64,000 nucleotides of DNA from Tubulanus polymorphus (Eukaryota > Animalia > Nemertea). The stretch spans positions 3,495,950 to 3,559,949 of the forward strand of contig NC_134026.1 in assembly GCF_964204645.1 (NCBI RefSeq), written 5' to 3'. The stretch's first letter is position 1. Each line of letters begins with the position of its first letter. A model generated the notes under the pieces. It saw nothing but the letters and a program-made list of their open reading frames with translations, was not told where the DNA came from and made no database searches. Position numbers and translations under genes: made by a program. Below are positions 25,901-40,715 of the stretch, one piece after another.

Positions 25901-28900
25901 ACGGGTCACATGCGCGCGAAATACGTCAACAATAACGATCGCGTCGCTTCGTTCGAGAATCTCAAAAATAGACGAGCGCAGAGCGGCGAACAAGCGTCGT
26001 CGAAAAATTCTTTTGCTAATAATTTGCTCAGCGATCAGTTATACGACGCGAATAGAGTACAAGCGGGCGTCGCGCAGATCGTGCCTCCGTTACCACCGCG
26101 ATCTCCGAATTCGAAATCGTTAACGAATATCGCGGATACCGGCGCAACGGATCATGCCGCGCAGTTGAGGAGAAACAGCGATTTCGGCGTTACCAGAAAT
26201 TATCCGGGTCACAACGCAACTGGAAAACCTAGTCCGTTACAGCACCAGCGATTGATGGTAAGTTACGGTACTTTAAAATCTAAGGTATTATTCTTATACT
26301 TTAAAGGGTTTTTTCTCGGCTATTGATCTGATTAGTGAACAACACTGATATTTCCAATCCGTTGCTACAGTTCACTATGTTAAAGCAAAAATAGATGTTA
26401 TAGCTATGAAATATCTGGACCGAGTTTCATGGTTCTAATTTCATCTCACAATTGTGGAACCAGGGGCTGCCCTATGGGTGGGGCCTATTATTCTATGGAT
26501 CACGCCTCTTGTCTCACAGTTTTATTATTTGGATCTCTACTGAATTTTCTCAAATGTTCTATGGGCTTAGGACTACAACAATATTGGCCCCTTGTTTGTA
26601 TCAACCCAGCAGTTGCTCTACTGGGTGGCATCCGTGTCTTTATGAATCGCCACTAATTCTTATCAGATCATTACTAAATTTGGTATGGATATTCTATAGT
26701 TCAGTTGCTACTTATTTACATAGCTGTGCTTGGATTTCATCTTCAAAGGGTATCGTTAGAGATAATCCATCAGATAAATGAAGGATAATGAAGTTAGCTG
26801 ACTATAGTGGAGCTCAGCTGGCAGGCTGCTCGTTTATTCTAAGATTTGGATTTGTATTGGTTTATTTTTTCAGGATCTGAGCAATGTTTCATCACCGACG
26901 CCGAGCGAAGACGAAGTGTTTCGAACGGGCGGAACACCGAATTCCGTCAACCACCGTCAGCCGTCAGAATCTCCCGATCGCGAACTGTCGCGTTATATGA
27001 GTCGACAAGATAGTCCGTCGATGGCGATGATTCCCGAACATCGTTTACCGGTCGAGATACCGCAACGGAAACAAAACACGAACAATCTGAACGTCGCCGG
27101 GGTGAACGACGCGATCAAATCACCGACTCACTACGAGGAAATATCGGCGTACAAAAATAACAACGATTTACCGACGTCTCAGGTATCGAGTTCTGACAGC
27201 GGTTATCACGGAAACGGGTTAGCGGAGAGAATGCAGGAATTACGCATGGGAGGTAAATTGATTGCATTGTATTTGATTTCTATGAGCGTAGAGAAGTACG
27301 ATGCGAAATCTAATGTATGATCTGTTATGTTAGACATCGAACATCTGTTGTCCCTTCCCGGCTAGATTAAATGTCATTTGGTTGGGACTAAAGAGGTTTC
27401 AATGTAGTGTCATAATCAACAGTATGATTTTACATGTATTTGATGTAGACCAATTTATAACCAATAAAAATTTTCATTGAAAGTGCCAGCCCCTGGCCTT
27501 TAACTTGGCTAACCTCACTCATTGAAGTCCAACAGGCTTTTAGTTTTTGTTGTTTAAAATGCAGGTTCCCCAATGGTTCCGCCGCCGTCTCGCACACCAC
27601 CATCGCCGCCGCAACAGTACCGTCCAATGCCACCAGGGGGCACAACACCATCATATCGCGACTCTCCGACATCGGCTAATTATTCTCGAGAAGGAACTCC
27701 CTCGCGTGCTGTAGAATCGAGAAGTGATGGAGCTCAAAATTTGTCCAAACGAAATAAAGATTTCGGCAATTGGCAAAAAGTAAGTTTTTTCCTTATCTGT
27801 ATTTATTTTGGCTCATCCACTAATGATATAATGAAATAAATGATCTCTTTTTTCATTTCAGATGGCTGTTAATATAGTTAAGAACCCCGGTTTAGGGTTT
27901 AGTATCGCTGGTGGGGTCGGCTCTTCCAGAAATCCATTCCGACCAACAGATGACGTAAGTTTGAAATGTTTTGTTGTTTGTCATGTAGGCCTAAAACATA
28001 GAACAGACAAGTTACTTTATACTGATTTTCAAGTGACTGCCAAGCGATTAGCTAGGTAGTACCATTGACTCTAAAACCAAGTCAATGGTACATAGGCCTA
28101 CAATGTATGTAGTTGTGCGCAGATAGACATCTCAAATTCATACAATATGCTTAGAACGGAGAACGAAATTACAGATGTCGATCATCTTCTTTGAACTTTC
28201 AATGTAGACAAGTTGGCTGTAGACCATGTGGGTTTGACATGGCATTGTCCATTTACACTGAAGTTGACTTGCTATTTGGCCCGGCAGATTCACACGCAAC
28301 GCTCGCACTCATCGTTTGTGTAAATTCATAATACTTAGAGAAAGTGTTCTATTTGTTGGACTACAAAAATGAAAATCATATGGTATTAATCACGTTTAAG
28401 AATGCATTCATACGAATTTCTCATTCTTATCAAATACGCGTAAGTCAGACCAAAAATGACGGTCTCAAATGATCCGACTTATGCATTCTCTACTATCGTT
28501 CCTTCCAGTGAGGGTGCATTCCATTGAAATATTTTTAACTCATATACATTAGTCCATTCCATAAAATTGTTTTGATTTTTCTATTAACTAGTAATTTATG
28601 TTGCGAATAATTATTACACTTGTCAATAACTACAGAATGGAACCAGGTGTTACTTACCATTCATTTCAAGTGCCTTGTATTAAAACGTTTCTGCAATTTA
28701 TTGACGATCATGAATTAATCGATAGCGAGAGTGCGCAGTATTATTGAAGACAATATTATCTTTAATACAGGGCCTAGAATATCTTAAAGAACTTATGAAA
28801 TAATACATGATAAATGATACAATGAATTACTTGATATATTTGCCGTTAGTTTGTTTCATATTTCTATGTGAAATTCCGCTCTATTAGATACGTATAGCTC

Positions 28901-30102
28901 AGAAATGACAAGTGAGTGAATTCGACCTAATGCATTCTGATGAGAACATCTGTGCACGTGTCAACTATTCACAATTGATAGCGTATGATTTTATTCATTT
29001 GGTAGATGTAATTTCCTACTGAACACGAGATGATCGTTTATTATTCAAATCAAATCTTGTACGCTGATTGTGATTCCTCTTTGAAGAAATTTTATCACAA
29101 TTACATGTAAATGGCACCCTTAGAAAACTACCCGATATTCATGATTTGATTATCGTAGCTTAAAATGGTATTCTAGACTTTGCTATCAAAATACCTGTGG
29201 TACAGCCTTTAATGTGCCCTGAACCTTATTAACGCGAAAAACGTTTGAATAAAGAGAAACCAGTAAAAATGTCACGGGGAATAATATTGTTAGAATAGCG
29301 TTACTTTAGTGCAGTGTTCTCTGTATGCTGCAATTTTTAAGGGCTGCATTATGAAATCGTGGTTGCTGAAGTACTTAGCTTATACGGAGTGACTGATTTT
29401 CAGAGGGATGGATGTAGATATAAAAGTGGTGGCTCTCCGCCTCTAAAACCTGTTGCGGAGAACACTGTACTCTGAAATACAACAAACGGTACTTTCAACA
29501 GGTCAATTTTCAACATATACACTGTATATCAATTTGTTGAAGATAGATACTTGAAATCAGCTGTGACATCACCTGCAACGATGCTATATCAATAAATACC
29601 AACTGGTGTTGTGAATAATTAGTACAGGGCATTGACGACCTATCAGAGTGATAGAAAAAAAAACAAATCAAATATCAGTCTTGAAAGTTTGGCTAATCGA
29701 TGATTGTGTTTTTCCATCTGTTTTTCAGGGTATATTCATCACCAAAGTTCAGCCGAATGGACCGGCAGCGGCAAAGTTACGGCCCGGAGACAAACTAATT
29801 CAGGTACGTTAATTCGTAATCCAATATTTATGTTGTAAAATCGTGAACTATACTTTGAAAAAGATTCGGCTATTTCTGCAGAGAAGTTTAAAAACCACTT
29901 CTATTTTGAGCATCTTTCTCAAATAATCAGCCGTAATCGGAAAAACGATGGTTTTTGATTTGAGTTTCGACGATTGATTTTCTCTCGACTGCAGGTGAAC
30001 GGAGTTGATTTTATGAACGTCGATCACCACAAAGCTGTGAACGTGTTGAAAGGAAGTTGTAAAAGTGTGACTATGATCATTGAACGCGACGTGGTCGTAT
30101 AA
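19974..30102 (+). CDS. LAP family protein (LRR array + LAPSD + single PDZ), Erbin/Densin-180 (ERBIN/LRRC7) co-ortholog, ~20 exons
   Basis: N-terminus [32 protein letters not shown], then [56 protein letters not shown] and [11 protein letters not shown]-terminal [39 protein letters not shown]...[10 protein letters not shown], stop 30100-30102. One PDZ excludes Scribble. Confidence 0.92.
22823..23253. mobile_element. MITE with CAGGG-type TIR and 5-bp TSD (hAT5-like); related fragment at ~22087-22160
   Basis: cagggtccctacaa ... ttgtaggaaccttg; ACTTT on both flanks (22818-22822, 23254-23258); many subterminal tccttgaa repeats. Confidence 0.8.
29312..29467. mobile_element. Short MITE with CAGTGTTCTC TIR
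   Basis: cagtgttctc ... gagaacactg; no clear TSD. Confidence 0.45.
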
Positions 30103-30568
30103 CATCCAACGACGATGACGACTGCCATCGGTCAAAAATACTGCCATCCATCGCTTGTGAAATGCGGCAATCTTTTATAAAGTCTGTGCACAAAGTCCTA
30201 CCAATACCGACACGTCCAGAAATTTAAGTATATAAACGTATACTGCTGTCTTTTTTGGATTTTCTTTTGTATGTATGAAGCATTGTGCAGAGTAAGTTAG
30301 TGTGCTAATAGGGCAGCAATAGGGTAGCTACCCTTTTAGTTTAAGTCTTCCACTGAACCGAATTTTTTTAAAATATACTTATTCAACTATCTCGGGCTAA
30401 AATAGATTCAATCGTGTCGAATTGTAGCTACGATTACCGGAGATATACGTTTACTGCTGTTGATGATTTTCTACTTAATTTTTCGATAAATCGTGATGAT
30501 GGCAATAAGAAAAACGCTTCCTAAACAGACGACATCCTCCATACAATCGCCACGTACCGATTAAGAGA

Positions 30569-30640
30569 CATTTGCCGAAGGGTTCAACTCTGGTCTCGTT
30601 CACGGAAGTCAAGCGTGCTAACCGGTAGACCAATAAAACT
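30569..30640 (-). pseudogene. Degenerate tRNA-like or SINE head
   Basis: Minus strand has A-box-like tggtctaccggttag and B-box-like gagttgaaccc at tRNA spacing; stems are poor. Confidence 0.3.
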
Positions 30641-32026
30641 ACCGTAGTCTGTAGTGGTTACACAGCTGATCTCATGCTTTTTCAAGTTGAATATTGATTA
30701 CTTAATGGGCATTTACGTCGTCCATTTATTGGGAGGATTCTGTTTTATATTGTTAACGTTCCAATATTGTCTACTGTCTGTCTCTCGTATGAGAAGCATT
30801 GTTGATTTGTTCTATTCATTCTTTGTTAGATGATATAGTTTTTCCCAGTACTTATTATTGAATTACGTGTATTATTGAACTATGCCCATTTACAATATAG
30901 TTAGTTAGTTGTGCAAAATGTGTGTAGCCACAGGAGAGAAGGTCTGTTTAGTAATTTTGATATAATCAATATGGCTTATTCAACTTGATCATTTATTCAA
31001 CTGCTTCAACTGATTTCTTTCGTGAAATTATTCTTCACGAAATGTGATGATTTGTACCCAGTTCCACAATTCATGGTGAAGTTTGAGACTCTAGTTAGAG
31101 AGTGGAGATCAGCGTATGTGCAATGGTGAAACAATACAGTAGATAATAACTGTGATTGATCTGTGAATTGTGGACTCGGCGTATGAAAAGTCTTTCATAA
31201 GATTCCAATCCGTGCATAATCTCTGTAAAATACGGCAAGTTTCAAAAGTTGCGGGCGACTAAATCTATAACTATGCATGGAGTAAGGAAACCTGATTTTG
31301 AAATTATCGCTCAACCTCGAGTTTATCTCTCAATAGAGCTTAAACTCATTTCTCAGTAAAATCATCGTTCACTGCTGCAAATTTATCTTGAATATATTTT
31401 CGAGGCGAATATTTGACATGTACTTTTCATGAAGATATTCAAAACAAGAATAACCGTTTATTGTATTTGTACGCACTTCAATTCCATCCATAAAAAACAT
31501 ATCAGCAAGTCCGTGAAACTCCGACCAAAACCAGGATGCCGACATTCTAAACATCATGATATATGGTATTGTAGGGTTTTTTATCATTATACAATCAGTT
31601 TGTCAGTGAACGCTGTATGTACCTGCCAAGTGTCGAACATAGGGTCATGCAAATTCTTGCATATCATACCGGAATTAATATTTTTTGTATAGCGATTATA
31701 TTATAGTTCCCAGATTCTTGTTGATGATAAATATCTGTGACACTATTTCGATGATAGTTGAATTCGTTTACTTCGGTCTATAAGATGTTATAATAGTAGT
31801 TGATGTAAGACTCAGCCAGTTTATTCAGTCTTAGGTGAAAATATCATGTTGCCATTAGCAGAGTAATATAACAGCTTCAAAAATGTCAACCAAACAATTT
31901 TCAATTTCAGAGTTGTCAAAGGGGTCGTCCATTCATTGTATACGCTTAATTACCGGTATCTTCAATATTTTTGTTTTTAACCCCAACATAATTTACAGTT
32001 TGTTTAATTTTGAGTTAAGAACCATG

Positions 32027-32146
<120 letters not shown>

Positions 32147-32367
32147 CGGTATTTTTGCACCGTTATAAGTTGATTACATGAACAGACAGTATGTACACCT
32201 GTCACATGCACTGCGTGTATTCTCACTTTCTGCCTAACTATCAGCAATATCTGGTCTCGCTATTTGACTGCATTGAAATGATATCATATCATACTAGTAT
32301 TCGATCGGTATAGGTGATCGATATTTATTATGAATTGTTAGGATGCGACAATTTTTGAATATATAAA

Positions 32368-32547
32368 CAGCGGAACTTTGTTATAACGACTTTGATACAA
32401 CGATTCATCGGATATAACGAATATAGAATATAGAATTTGGTCCCAAATAAAACAATTTAATTAATTCCAAACTGTTCATAACGAACTATCGTTTATAAGG
32501 AACTGATTTTATGGTGCCCTGAAGTTCGTTGTAACAAGGTTCCACTG
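32368..32547. mobile_element. pogo/Tigger-like MITE; related copies or fragments at ~27330-27410, 33698, 45975, 54245-54385, 55352-55520, 63856
   Basis: cagcggaactttgttataacg ... cgttgtaacaaggttccactg|ta; internal ataacga repeats. Confidence 0.7.
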
Positions 32548-33842
32548 TATATGCATAATTTGCAATGAATAAATGGTAATTGTTTTCTTGTTGCCTGCAC
32601 AGTATTGAACTACCGGTATTTCCTCTATATGTTATGATAAATATATATGTTATGCTTTTGTTTGTTGAAATTTATTTTAAAAGAATATCGCACTATTGAA
32701 GATAATCCGTTGGAAGTGATTGCGTAAGTGTTGGTACATATTCTGGGTTAGATTAATTGGCATAATGTGTTGGAAGAATCCACGGGTTCCTAGTTCCACT
32801 AATTCTCTGGCAGCGAAATTGAATCATATTTTGAGAAAAGGCACTGTTGATAGTGTAAAAAAGTATCTAGACGTCCGTATAGGCTAAGAAAATGATACCT
32901 TGTTTTCTTCTCATCGGCCTGGTCACTTTTGTAAACTGCTATGAAATTTGTAATCAGTTCATTTCTACAGCTGCCAGGTCTGTAATGGTTAGCTTGATCA
33001 TAATTTGTTAAAAGATTAGCATGCAGGGTAGATATAGGCGGCTGGCCGGGGCAACTCTTAGACTGAGCAGAAATGAGAAACAAGGCATGTAATTTTTTAG
33101 CCGAACTACTGTTTAAAAAACTCTCCACAATGTCCACTTCACCTGTCCATCTGTTCGTTATGATAATGTATGTATTATCTCTGTGATAATTGTCTAATTT
33201 GTAAATTATGTATGAACTTATATATGTGAATAAGCTGTTTATAGGAAAACAAAACTGTGGGGATATATGCTACACTTTATTTTATCAGGGATATCTGTTA
33301 TTTTTATATACCCTGCGTCATGTATGTATAAGTTTGTACTTTGTATTTATGTCTTTATACCGCATGTCAATGAATGTATGTAATACTATAGTTCTTAATA
33401 GCTGAAATTAAAATATAATTTATCAGTAACAATCGTCAGTTTTTTTAGTGCATATTTGTATTCGTATGTCTTTTCATATCTTCGCCCAAAGCTCATGCAC
33501 CCACGACATTGAGCTACACCAGCCCCGGCAGTCCTCATGTCTGTAAGGTAATGTTCATTGGAAGTCAACTCTGGAGAAAGAGGTCGAATCCGTAGTTGTT
33601 TAAGACGAAATTATCAAAGACCTGCTAAACGTCCTGGTCAGTTTTAAATAACCAGGTCTGAGTTTGGCTACGGCCTAGAGAATAATGTTAATCTTATTAC
33701 AGTCAACCTTCGCCTAACTCGGGACAAACTGAAGACTGGCAAAATTGTTTCGAGGTAAGCGAAATTCTGAGTTAAGGATCGGAAAATATGTTAGGAAGTC
33801 ACAAATATGATTTCGTTTTTGTGTGAGTTGGCCATGTCCGAT

Positions 33843-33885
33843 CATGGACGTATAAACTAGATTATATCTAGTTTATACGTCCATG
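33843..33885. mobile_element. 43-bp palindromic mini-element with 7-bp TSD (P-superfamily-like CATGG termini)
   Basis: catggacgtataaactagat-tat-atctagtttatacgtccatg flanked by GTCCGAT on both sides. Confidence 0.7.
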
Positions 33886-36108
33886 GTCCGATCGAGTACT
33901 GGTTTGGAGTAATTGGTTTGATTACTCCAAGATACAACTGCCAGGGTGAATTCCCTGGTCCCTTCGAGTGCTATTGTTTCGGTACACGTATGTTTGAAAC
34001 GGCCCGATAAAAGAACTTTATAGCGGTTAGAAATGCGGTGAGGTAGCAGAATTATGATGTTTTTGTAGCGTTCAAAGCAAACAGCTCTGATGAAAAGTTT
34101 CCTCCGTTAGTTCCCCAGATGCAATAAGATAGCTATTTTCGTGTAGTATGGCGTCATTATCGAGGATGTAGTCATGTGGTAGTTGTTTAGCCAGTTACAG
34201 AAGAAATACCGTGCACAATATCTACATCCTTTATACCTTGAAATCATAGACTGAATCATCGACAAATCAGTTTTTCACCTCATACGCAATAGGATATAAC
34301 TTTTAAGTTTCAAGTCTTCGTATTACGATACATCTTTTCGTGCTCTCATCGGAATATTCATCTCCGTTGGATTCGCCTTCATTCTCGGTTCGTACGAGCC
34401 ACTTCACTAGAGAAAGCTGATCATATATGGCCTGGATTTTCACCAAGGTAAGTTGTGGTAGGAAGAAGCGGTTTGCTGCTTGAATACGCAGTAGTGGAAG
34501 GCCTGAAGCAGCTTTGGATGTTAAATGTGATTCTATGCCATTTAAAGAAGGCATCCCGTCATCTCTCTAACATCTTAAAAAGATTTTCCAATCTCGCCAC
34601 CGGCTGACATTCCTTGCCCTTCGTGATTGTAATAAAACTGAAATTGGTTGACTTGTAATTGTGGTGAATCGGAGGGGGGGGGGGGGCACTCGCGTATGAC
34701 TTGAAGAGGTAAAGATTTGCAATATCCCAAATAAGGACAAACATGAGTGAGAAATGCACAATGAAAAAAAACCGAACAGTTTTAAAGCGGGATCGACGAA
34801 TATAGAAATCTTCATCAAGTGTAATAGTCAGATCATTCAGTTTTTAACGAAAACCATTTTCAAGTAATAGTACTGCGTACAAGATCAACGTTTATTCATG
34901 GCGCATGAAGGTACGCACTCGACTACATAAGATTTTACGAGAGCTATATTACAAGTTCATTGGGTTGGAAAACCTAAAATTACCGCAATCGCTTGCAACG
35001 TTCTAGTATCATTAAATACGTCAAATTTTTCAAACTTTTCTTCTTTTTTTTCCATCGCGTGTTTGACACTAGTTTGAATAAGTATTAAATAAGTAAGTTC
35101 TTTAGTTTCCGCTCCGTATAGATTCAATCTATTCAAATGTAAGCTATAGTTTTTATCTGCTCGTTCGTTAACCTTTCTGGAGCGGGTAGTAAGATGTTTG
35201 GATATACGATGTTTGGATCACACGTTGAAAATGAGAGTTAATGAAACATCTTTTAGAATAATGTTTTATGAATATTCATTTATATCATAAGTATTCATCC
35301 TGAGTCACGATCGACCATACACTTATATACATATACAAAACACGTTGCGCATTTCGAATTACCTATCGTTTGAGGGTGTTAGGCTAGCATGAGGTCGTAA
35401 ACGCATGCGGATTACGATTCGGATAGCATCAAATCGAACTAAACTGAGAGCGTTAATCTATGAATGCGCAATTTATTGACGTCATGAGGGAAAGTGCCAA
35501 ATCTGATATATTATACGTGTATATGATCATAGCCTTACTACGCATCAGAATAGAGTTCATTCCTGTATCTCTGGATCTTTGAAATGTGAGTAGAAACATG
35601 ATGGACCAGATGATGGAAACGGAAAAGAGACCAGAGGCAAGTTGGAGTTAACCAGTGGATAGTTGCGCATAAAGAGGATGTATTTTTAAGTTTTAAGTTG
35701 ACAATTAAAAGTTCATTGTTACAATGGTATTCATCCGCCGGTTATCTTAAACAAACTTTTGAGCAACTGGCCCCAGAAATAGAAAAGAAATCATATAAAA
35801 CACGTTGAAATAATTGTATATTTATGACTAAAGAGTATTTGCATGACGTCACAGTGCATCCTATCGGTGGCTAACTAAAATAAAAAGTCCACTGTTGAGG
35901 CCATTATGACGCATCTGGACAATACCTGAAATCTCATTAAAACTTATGCTAAAATCGAAATCCAAAAAGGTATAAAAGAAATGCATGGATCATATGTGAA
36001 AATAATCGATAGCATCTGGTTTTCTTTCAGAAAAAAAATCACCAGTCAACGTAACACAGGATCGGGAATCAATTCAAAGGATTTTTGATTCTCACAACTG
36101 CGCAAAAA

Positions 36109-38667
36109 ATGGCTATGACAAGTGCTATGGAAGATATCGATTATAATCGAAAGAATTTCACGATCGACTGCGACTTGTATCGACACCCGTTACAGATGAC
36201 CGAAGGTCATTATAAATATCACCTGTACAGGGACGAGGTCGGCCAGTTGCATTGTCGTAAAAATAACAAAGGAGAGTTCATCAGATCTCCGAGGTAAATG
36301 TTTTGAAAAAAGAAATATTTGCTCAAATGTTTCCCGAAACAAAACAAGCGTACTCTGGTTTTTTTGAAAATGTTAAATTCTTACAAATGGTTTACAACGG
36401 TTTGGACGTTTAATCAAACATCTGTTAACGTGTTAATCAAGAGATATTCTTTGGATTGACTTGATTTGATAAATTGTGTTGAAAAGATACTTAAGTGTGC
36501 AGAAATTATATATATTAATCTTTCTTTATAACGTGGACTATGTGACGAAGAGGCAGGTGTAAGGGTAATGGTCCTTTCTGGTTATATTATAGTTCATGAA
36601 AAGGGCTGTGATTCACCTTTTGAAATATTCAAACGGCGCCAAATAATAAAATAATAAAAACGTTTAAAAATCGAGAAATATCTGCTCGCCGAACTTGATA
36701 ATTGGGTTAATTTTTTCAGATCGCTGTCAGACACTTGTATTCATACAATGGTAATCGACCCGTTAAACATGGCCAAGGTAAAAAATCAAGAGATTCCGTT
36801 CGATTTATATCCAATGATGTTGACCGAAGCGATATATCAACGTGAACTACACGCTATCACCAATCTTCTGTCGACATGGCCAACCCCGGTACTTACCGTC
36901 CACGAACTACTGCCATTAGAAGATTACATAGAACCAAATTATGTTACTGCTCCGGTAAACGGGCTTAACATGACTCTACTGGACGCCTTCATATTTGGTT
37001 TATTGAACCAGAAACCCGAGTCACGTTTGAAATTCCTGGACTTCACAAAATTTGATAAAGGTACGAACATTTATTTCTTCAAGGAACGAAAGGATTTTTC
37101 TCCATGATCACGCCGAACGGAAGGGTTTAACCGCACGATAGAAATCAGCTATCTCGAAGTAAAATGTTTCGATCCAACATTTTTTTTTCTTCATTCTTCA
37201 GACAAAAAATTATGCAAAGAATTATGTCGTCTGCCGTTGCTTTGGATGAGGCCCGAGGACCGATGCGTCGAGGATATTCATAGCTATCTCAAAGGAACAA
37301 TAGGTATGATAGTGATAGATAGAACACGTTATGTAATGTCTAATATCCTGTAAAAAACGATGTATGTGAGATCGATATTGCATATTTTGCAGAGATCTCA
37401 AAAGACAAGGTGCAGCGATTCATTAACAGAATCACAGTGATCTATTCGGATATGGAACCAGATCTGGAACACGGAAATATGTTCGGTAATAGATATTTTC
37501 AGTCACATACTTAAATCAATTGAACATCTCGTGTGTGAGAGATAGACATATTGTCATAAACATCTGCTCGGTACACACACAGTGTTTTCAATCACACAAA
37601 TAATGCTATAATAGCTATGCTAGAAAAATCTGCGTATATTTCAGGTCCCATAACGATTATGCTTGATCTGAAGATGAATATGGACGATGTACCGATCGGG
37701 CTTGCTCTGCAGCACATTACACCCTTTAGATTTGTCTGCAATAAACTGTGGATGCAAAGTATCCCCGAAGTAGCTCTATCGCTTCAAAACATAAACAAAA
37801 TTCTCGATCCATTGGTAAATTTTTATTGGCCGGTGTACATATGTCTGACATTTAATTTTAGTTCGTTTGATTTGAAATACATTGTATCAATATCTTGATA
37901 AATGCGTAGTGTGATTTCTCTTGTTCTAGATCATAAGCCATTTTGAAATGGAGGATAACCAAGTGTCGACCAACAAAGCCAAGCAGCTCGCTCTTATCAG
38001 AGGTCTGAATACGATGCCGAACTTAAGCGGCCTCAGTTTATCAAATACTCTCGACGTAACCGTCTCTACGGACATAATCACTAAACTAAACCGAGTTTTG
38101 AGGCTCTATCGAAATTTGAGAAAACTGAATCTGTCGTACTGTAACCTGAAATCACACATTTCTACGCTACTAGCCGGTATACGAACTCCGATGATCTATT
38201 TGAATTTAAGGGATTGTCGATTGACCGAGGATGACTTGACGTTCTTGAAAAATTGGCCGTCTCTGAACGCTCTCAGGGAACTGAACATCAGTCGAAATAA
38301 CTTGAGTCAGTATCATAATTTGTGTTTAGCCACGTTGTCTAGAATGGACCTATTGGCGTGCTTTTCGTCATCGTATTGTAGTTTATCGTTACAAACCATC
38401 AAAACTATCGTACACGAATGTCAGTCGCTTGCCACTTTGAAAGTTTTGTGCATTCAGAATTTTACTCCGCCGTCTTGGGAGGATTTGCACTCGATCATCT
38501 TCGAAGTGGCAAAAATTCAAAGTCTACAAAAGTGTATCATTCTACCCGAGGCGTACGCATTCCCCGGAAATAATGAATCGGACCGATCCCTGAATAAAAG
38601 TCGCCTACGGGCTCGTACGTACAGATATCTGAAACAAAAAGGAAGGCCAGATATTCTACTCGAATGA
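36109..38667 (+). CDS. LRRC14/PRAME-family leucine-rich repeat protein, 6 coding exons
   Basis: Exons ~36109-36293, 36720-37060, 37202-37302, 37393-37485, 37645-37814, 37930-38667. PRSLSDTC, IPFDLYPMML..A, LLSTWPTPVL and RLKFLDFT, followed by LRRs (LRKLNLSYCNL, YLNLRDCRL, LRELNISRNNL), fit the PRAME/LRRC14 pattern. Confidence 0.8.
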
Positions 38668-40715
38668 ACCACGGACCAAAAAGTACCGAGTGCGAGTTTC
38701 ATCAATTACTTGCAGCGTTTAGCTACTCAAACCTTTTATTTACGATACTATAATCATCATATTCCTTTTATATGTAGTTTCCATCTGTATCTGGAAATAA
38801 ACATCTTGTCTGCGGCATCAGAAATATTCTTCATCTTTTATTTTAAACGTAATCGAGAACTGCCCTTTTATCTAACTCCGAAATTATTGGTATTAGATCG
38901 TTTTTCGAAAATCATCACATATGATCCTAATATTTCAAAAAAGAGCGAAAGTTATCGTAATAACGGGGACCTCGAGGGACCGCCACAAAATGACGCCTAG
39001 AAACTTCTTTACAAGATGACAAAAAAGTATAAAAGTACTCACGATCTCTTTTCTTTGAACACATCACGCAATATTTTATTTTATTTACAAATATATGACA
39101 AAGCGATATACAAGTTATGACTGTTGTATCTAAAGTAAGCAGTCGACATCCCATTTCCACCATATAAACCATTTACAACGATTGCATTTTTAAGTTATAT
39201 TCATCATTTCATAAGTTTAAGTCTATTTTTTCTCACTATGCGGTGCTAGGTGCACGATTATGCTCGGTTTGATACAGGAATAATCACGATTATCCGATGT
39301 ATTTTCTATAGCTGCGCGTTTGTATTCGGTTTGTAACGCCGCGCAGAACGATAGAATAGCGAAACAGAATAGTATTATGGCCACGAAAAAAGCGTGGTCG
39401 TTAAACGTCCTGTAGATTTGATGCCACTCTGATTGCGGCTGGACCTGGAAAATATGAATGAATCAATCATCAATCATCGGAGCGCTGACCGGCACCACGT
39501 GATTATGTGTGGATGATGAACAAATGTAATTCTCTCAACTTGGTGGCGATTAGTACAGTCAACTCCCAGCGAATTCCCAGCTCCCAAGAAATTTCCATTT
39601 TCTTCAAGACACTCACTCACAATTACTCGTATTCATTGTGATCATTAATTGGACTGAATTATTGAAATGTCCTTCATAAGAAGTAATGAGAACTTTGCTG
39701 CTGTTATTCAAAATATTCCTCAATTGAACCCTGATGAGAGTTTAATTCTGGAAGTCCCCGTAATCTAACATGGGTGTTCAGAAGGGGGTGAGTTAGAGGA
39801 CAACATCCGGAGGAGATTTACGAACAACAGTTTAGACCAACTGTTGAGTCAAACATTTTCGTCGGCGGATAATCGAACGAAAATGAACCACATTTTCATC
39901 ACTATTCAGAAAATTGTGTGGCAGATGGCGCGTATGGAATTTGGCAAAAAATCGGAAGCGTGAAAGCATGAGTTCGAGCATTTGCTTTGCGATTGCCGGG
40001 AGTTTCGGATAAATGCGCAGGGTGGGGCGATAACCGAGAGTTGACTGCAGGGTACACGGGTCATACATACATGTGTGACATATCGAGATTGCTGACATTT
40101 TTCATTGGAAAGTTGGCACTTGTCAGAAAAATGATAACGGTAGTCAAAAAACCATTTCCACCTCGGAAATCTGAAACAAGACAGAAATAGATATCGAAGC
40201 AACTGGTGACTTTCAGTTCTGATCTAAAATCCAGGACCTTTTAATTAGATTCGAAGTCTTTGGAGTTAAATCTCTTATCATTTCGTGTTGTTGAACTCAC
40301 AGTACTATCATATTTACCTGTGGAACATATGATGGCCACATACATCACCCATACACATCATTTTCTCGTACATCTACGCAGAATAATGAAAAATTTATGA
40401 GATATTGACTATTATGATGCAAAATAACTATTTGAAATTTTACTATTAGTAGAAATTCGCACATTCACAATAACGAATTGACAGATATGAAAATAGAATG
40501 GGACCAAATTATAAGCTAGAATGTCAATATCAAATCATTACAAATATGTATTAAGCGTCCACGGTTATGGAGCGGCTTTTACTCGCTGCTTCAGATACAT
40601 TCTTTTATTCATTATTACATTTATTTGGTGTAATCATGTATAAACAATGCTAAAACTGTTAAACTCGCTCCTAACCAATACGATGCATGAAATATCGTCA
40701 ATGCGATCCTATAAC

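Noticed and set aside
26429-26781. Hydrophobic ORFs within a LAP intron
   Set aside because: No convincing splice sites or homology; the flanking exons already join in frame.
39832-40380. Cys-containing minus-strand ORFs with plausible splice sites
   Set aside because: No consistent long spliced frame or recognisable domain; may be non-coding exons, but unsupported.
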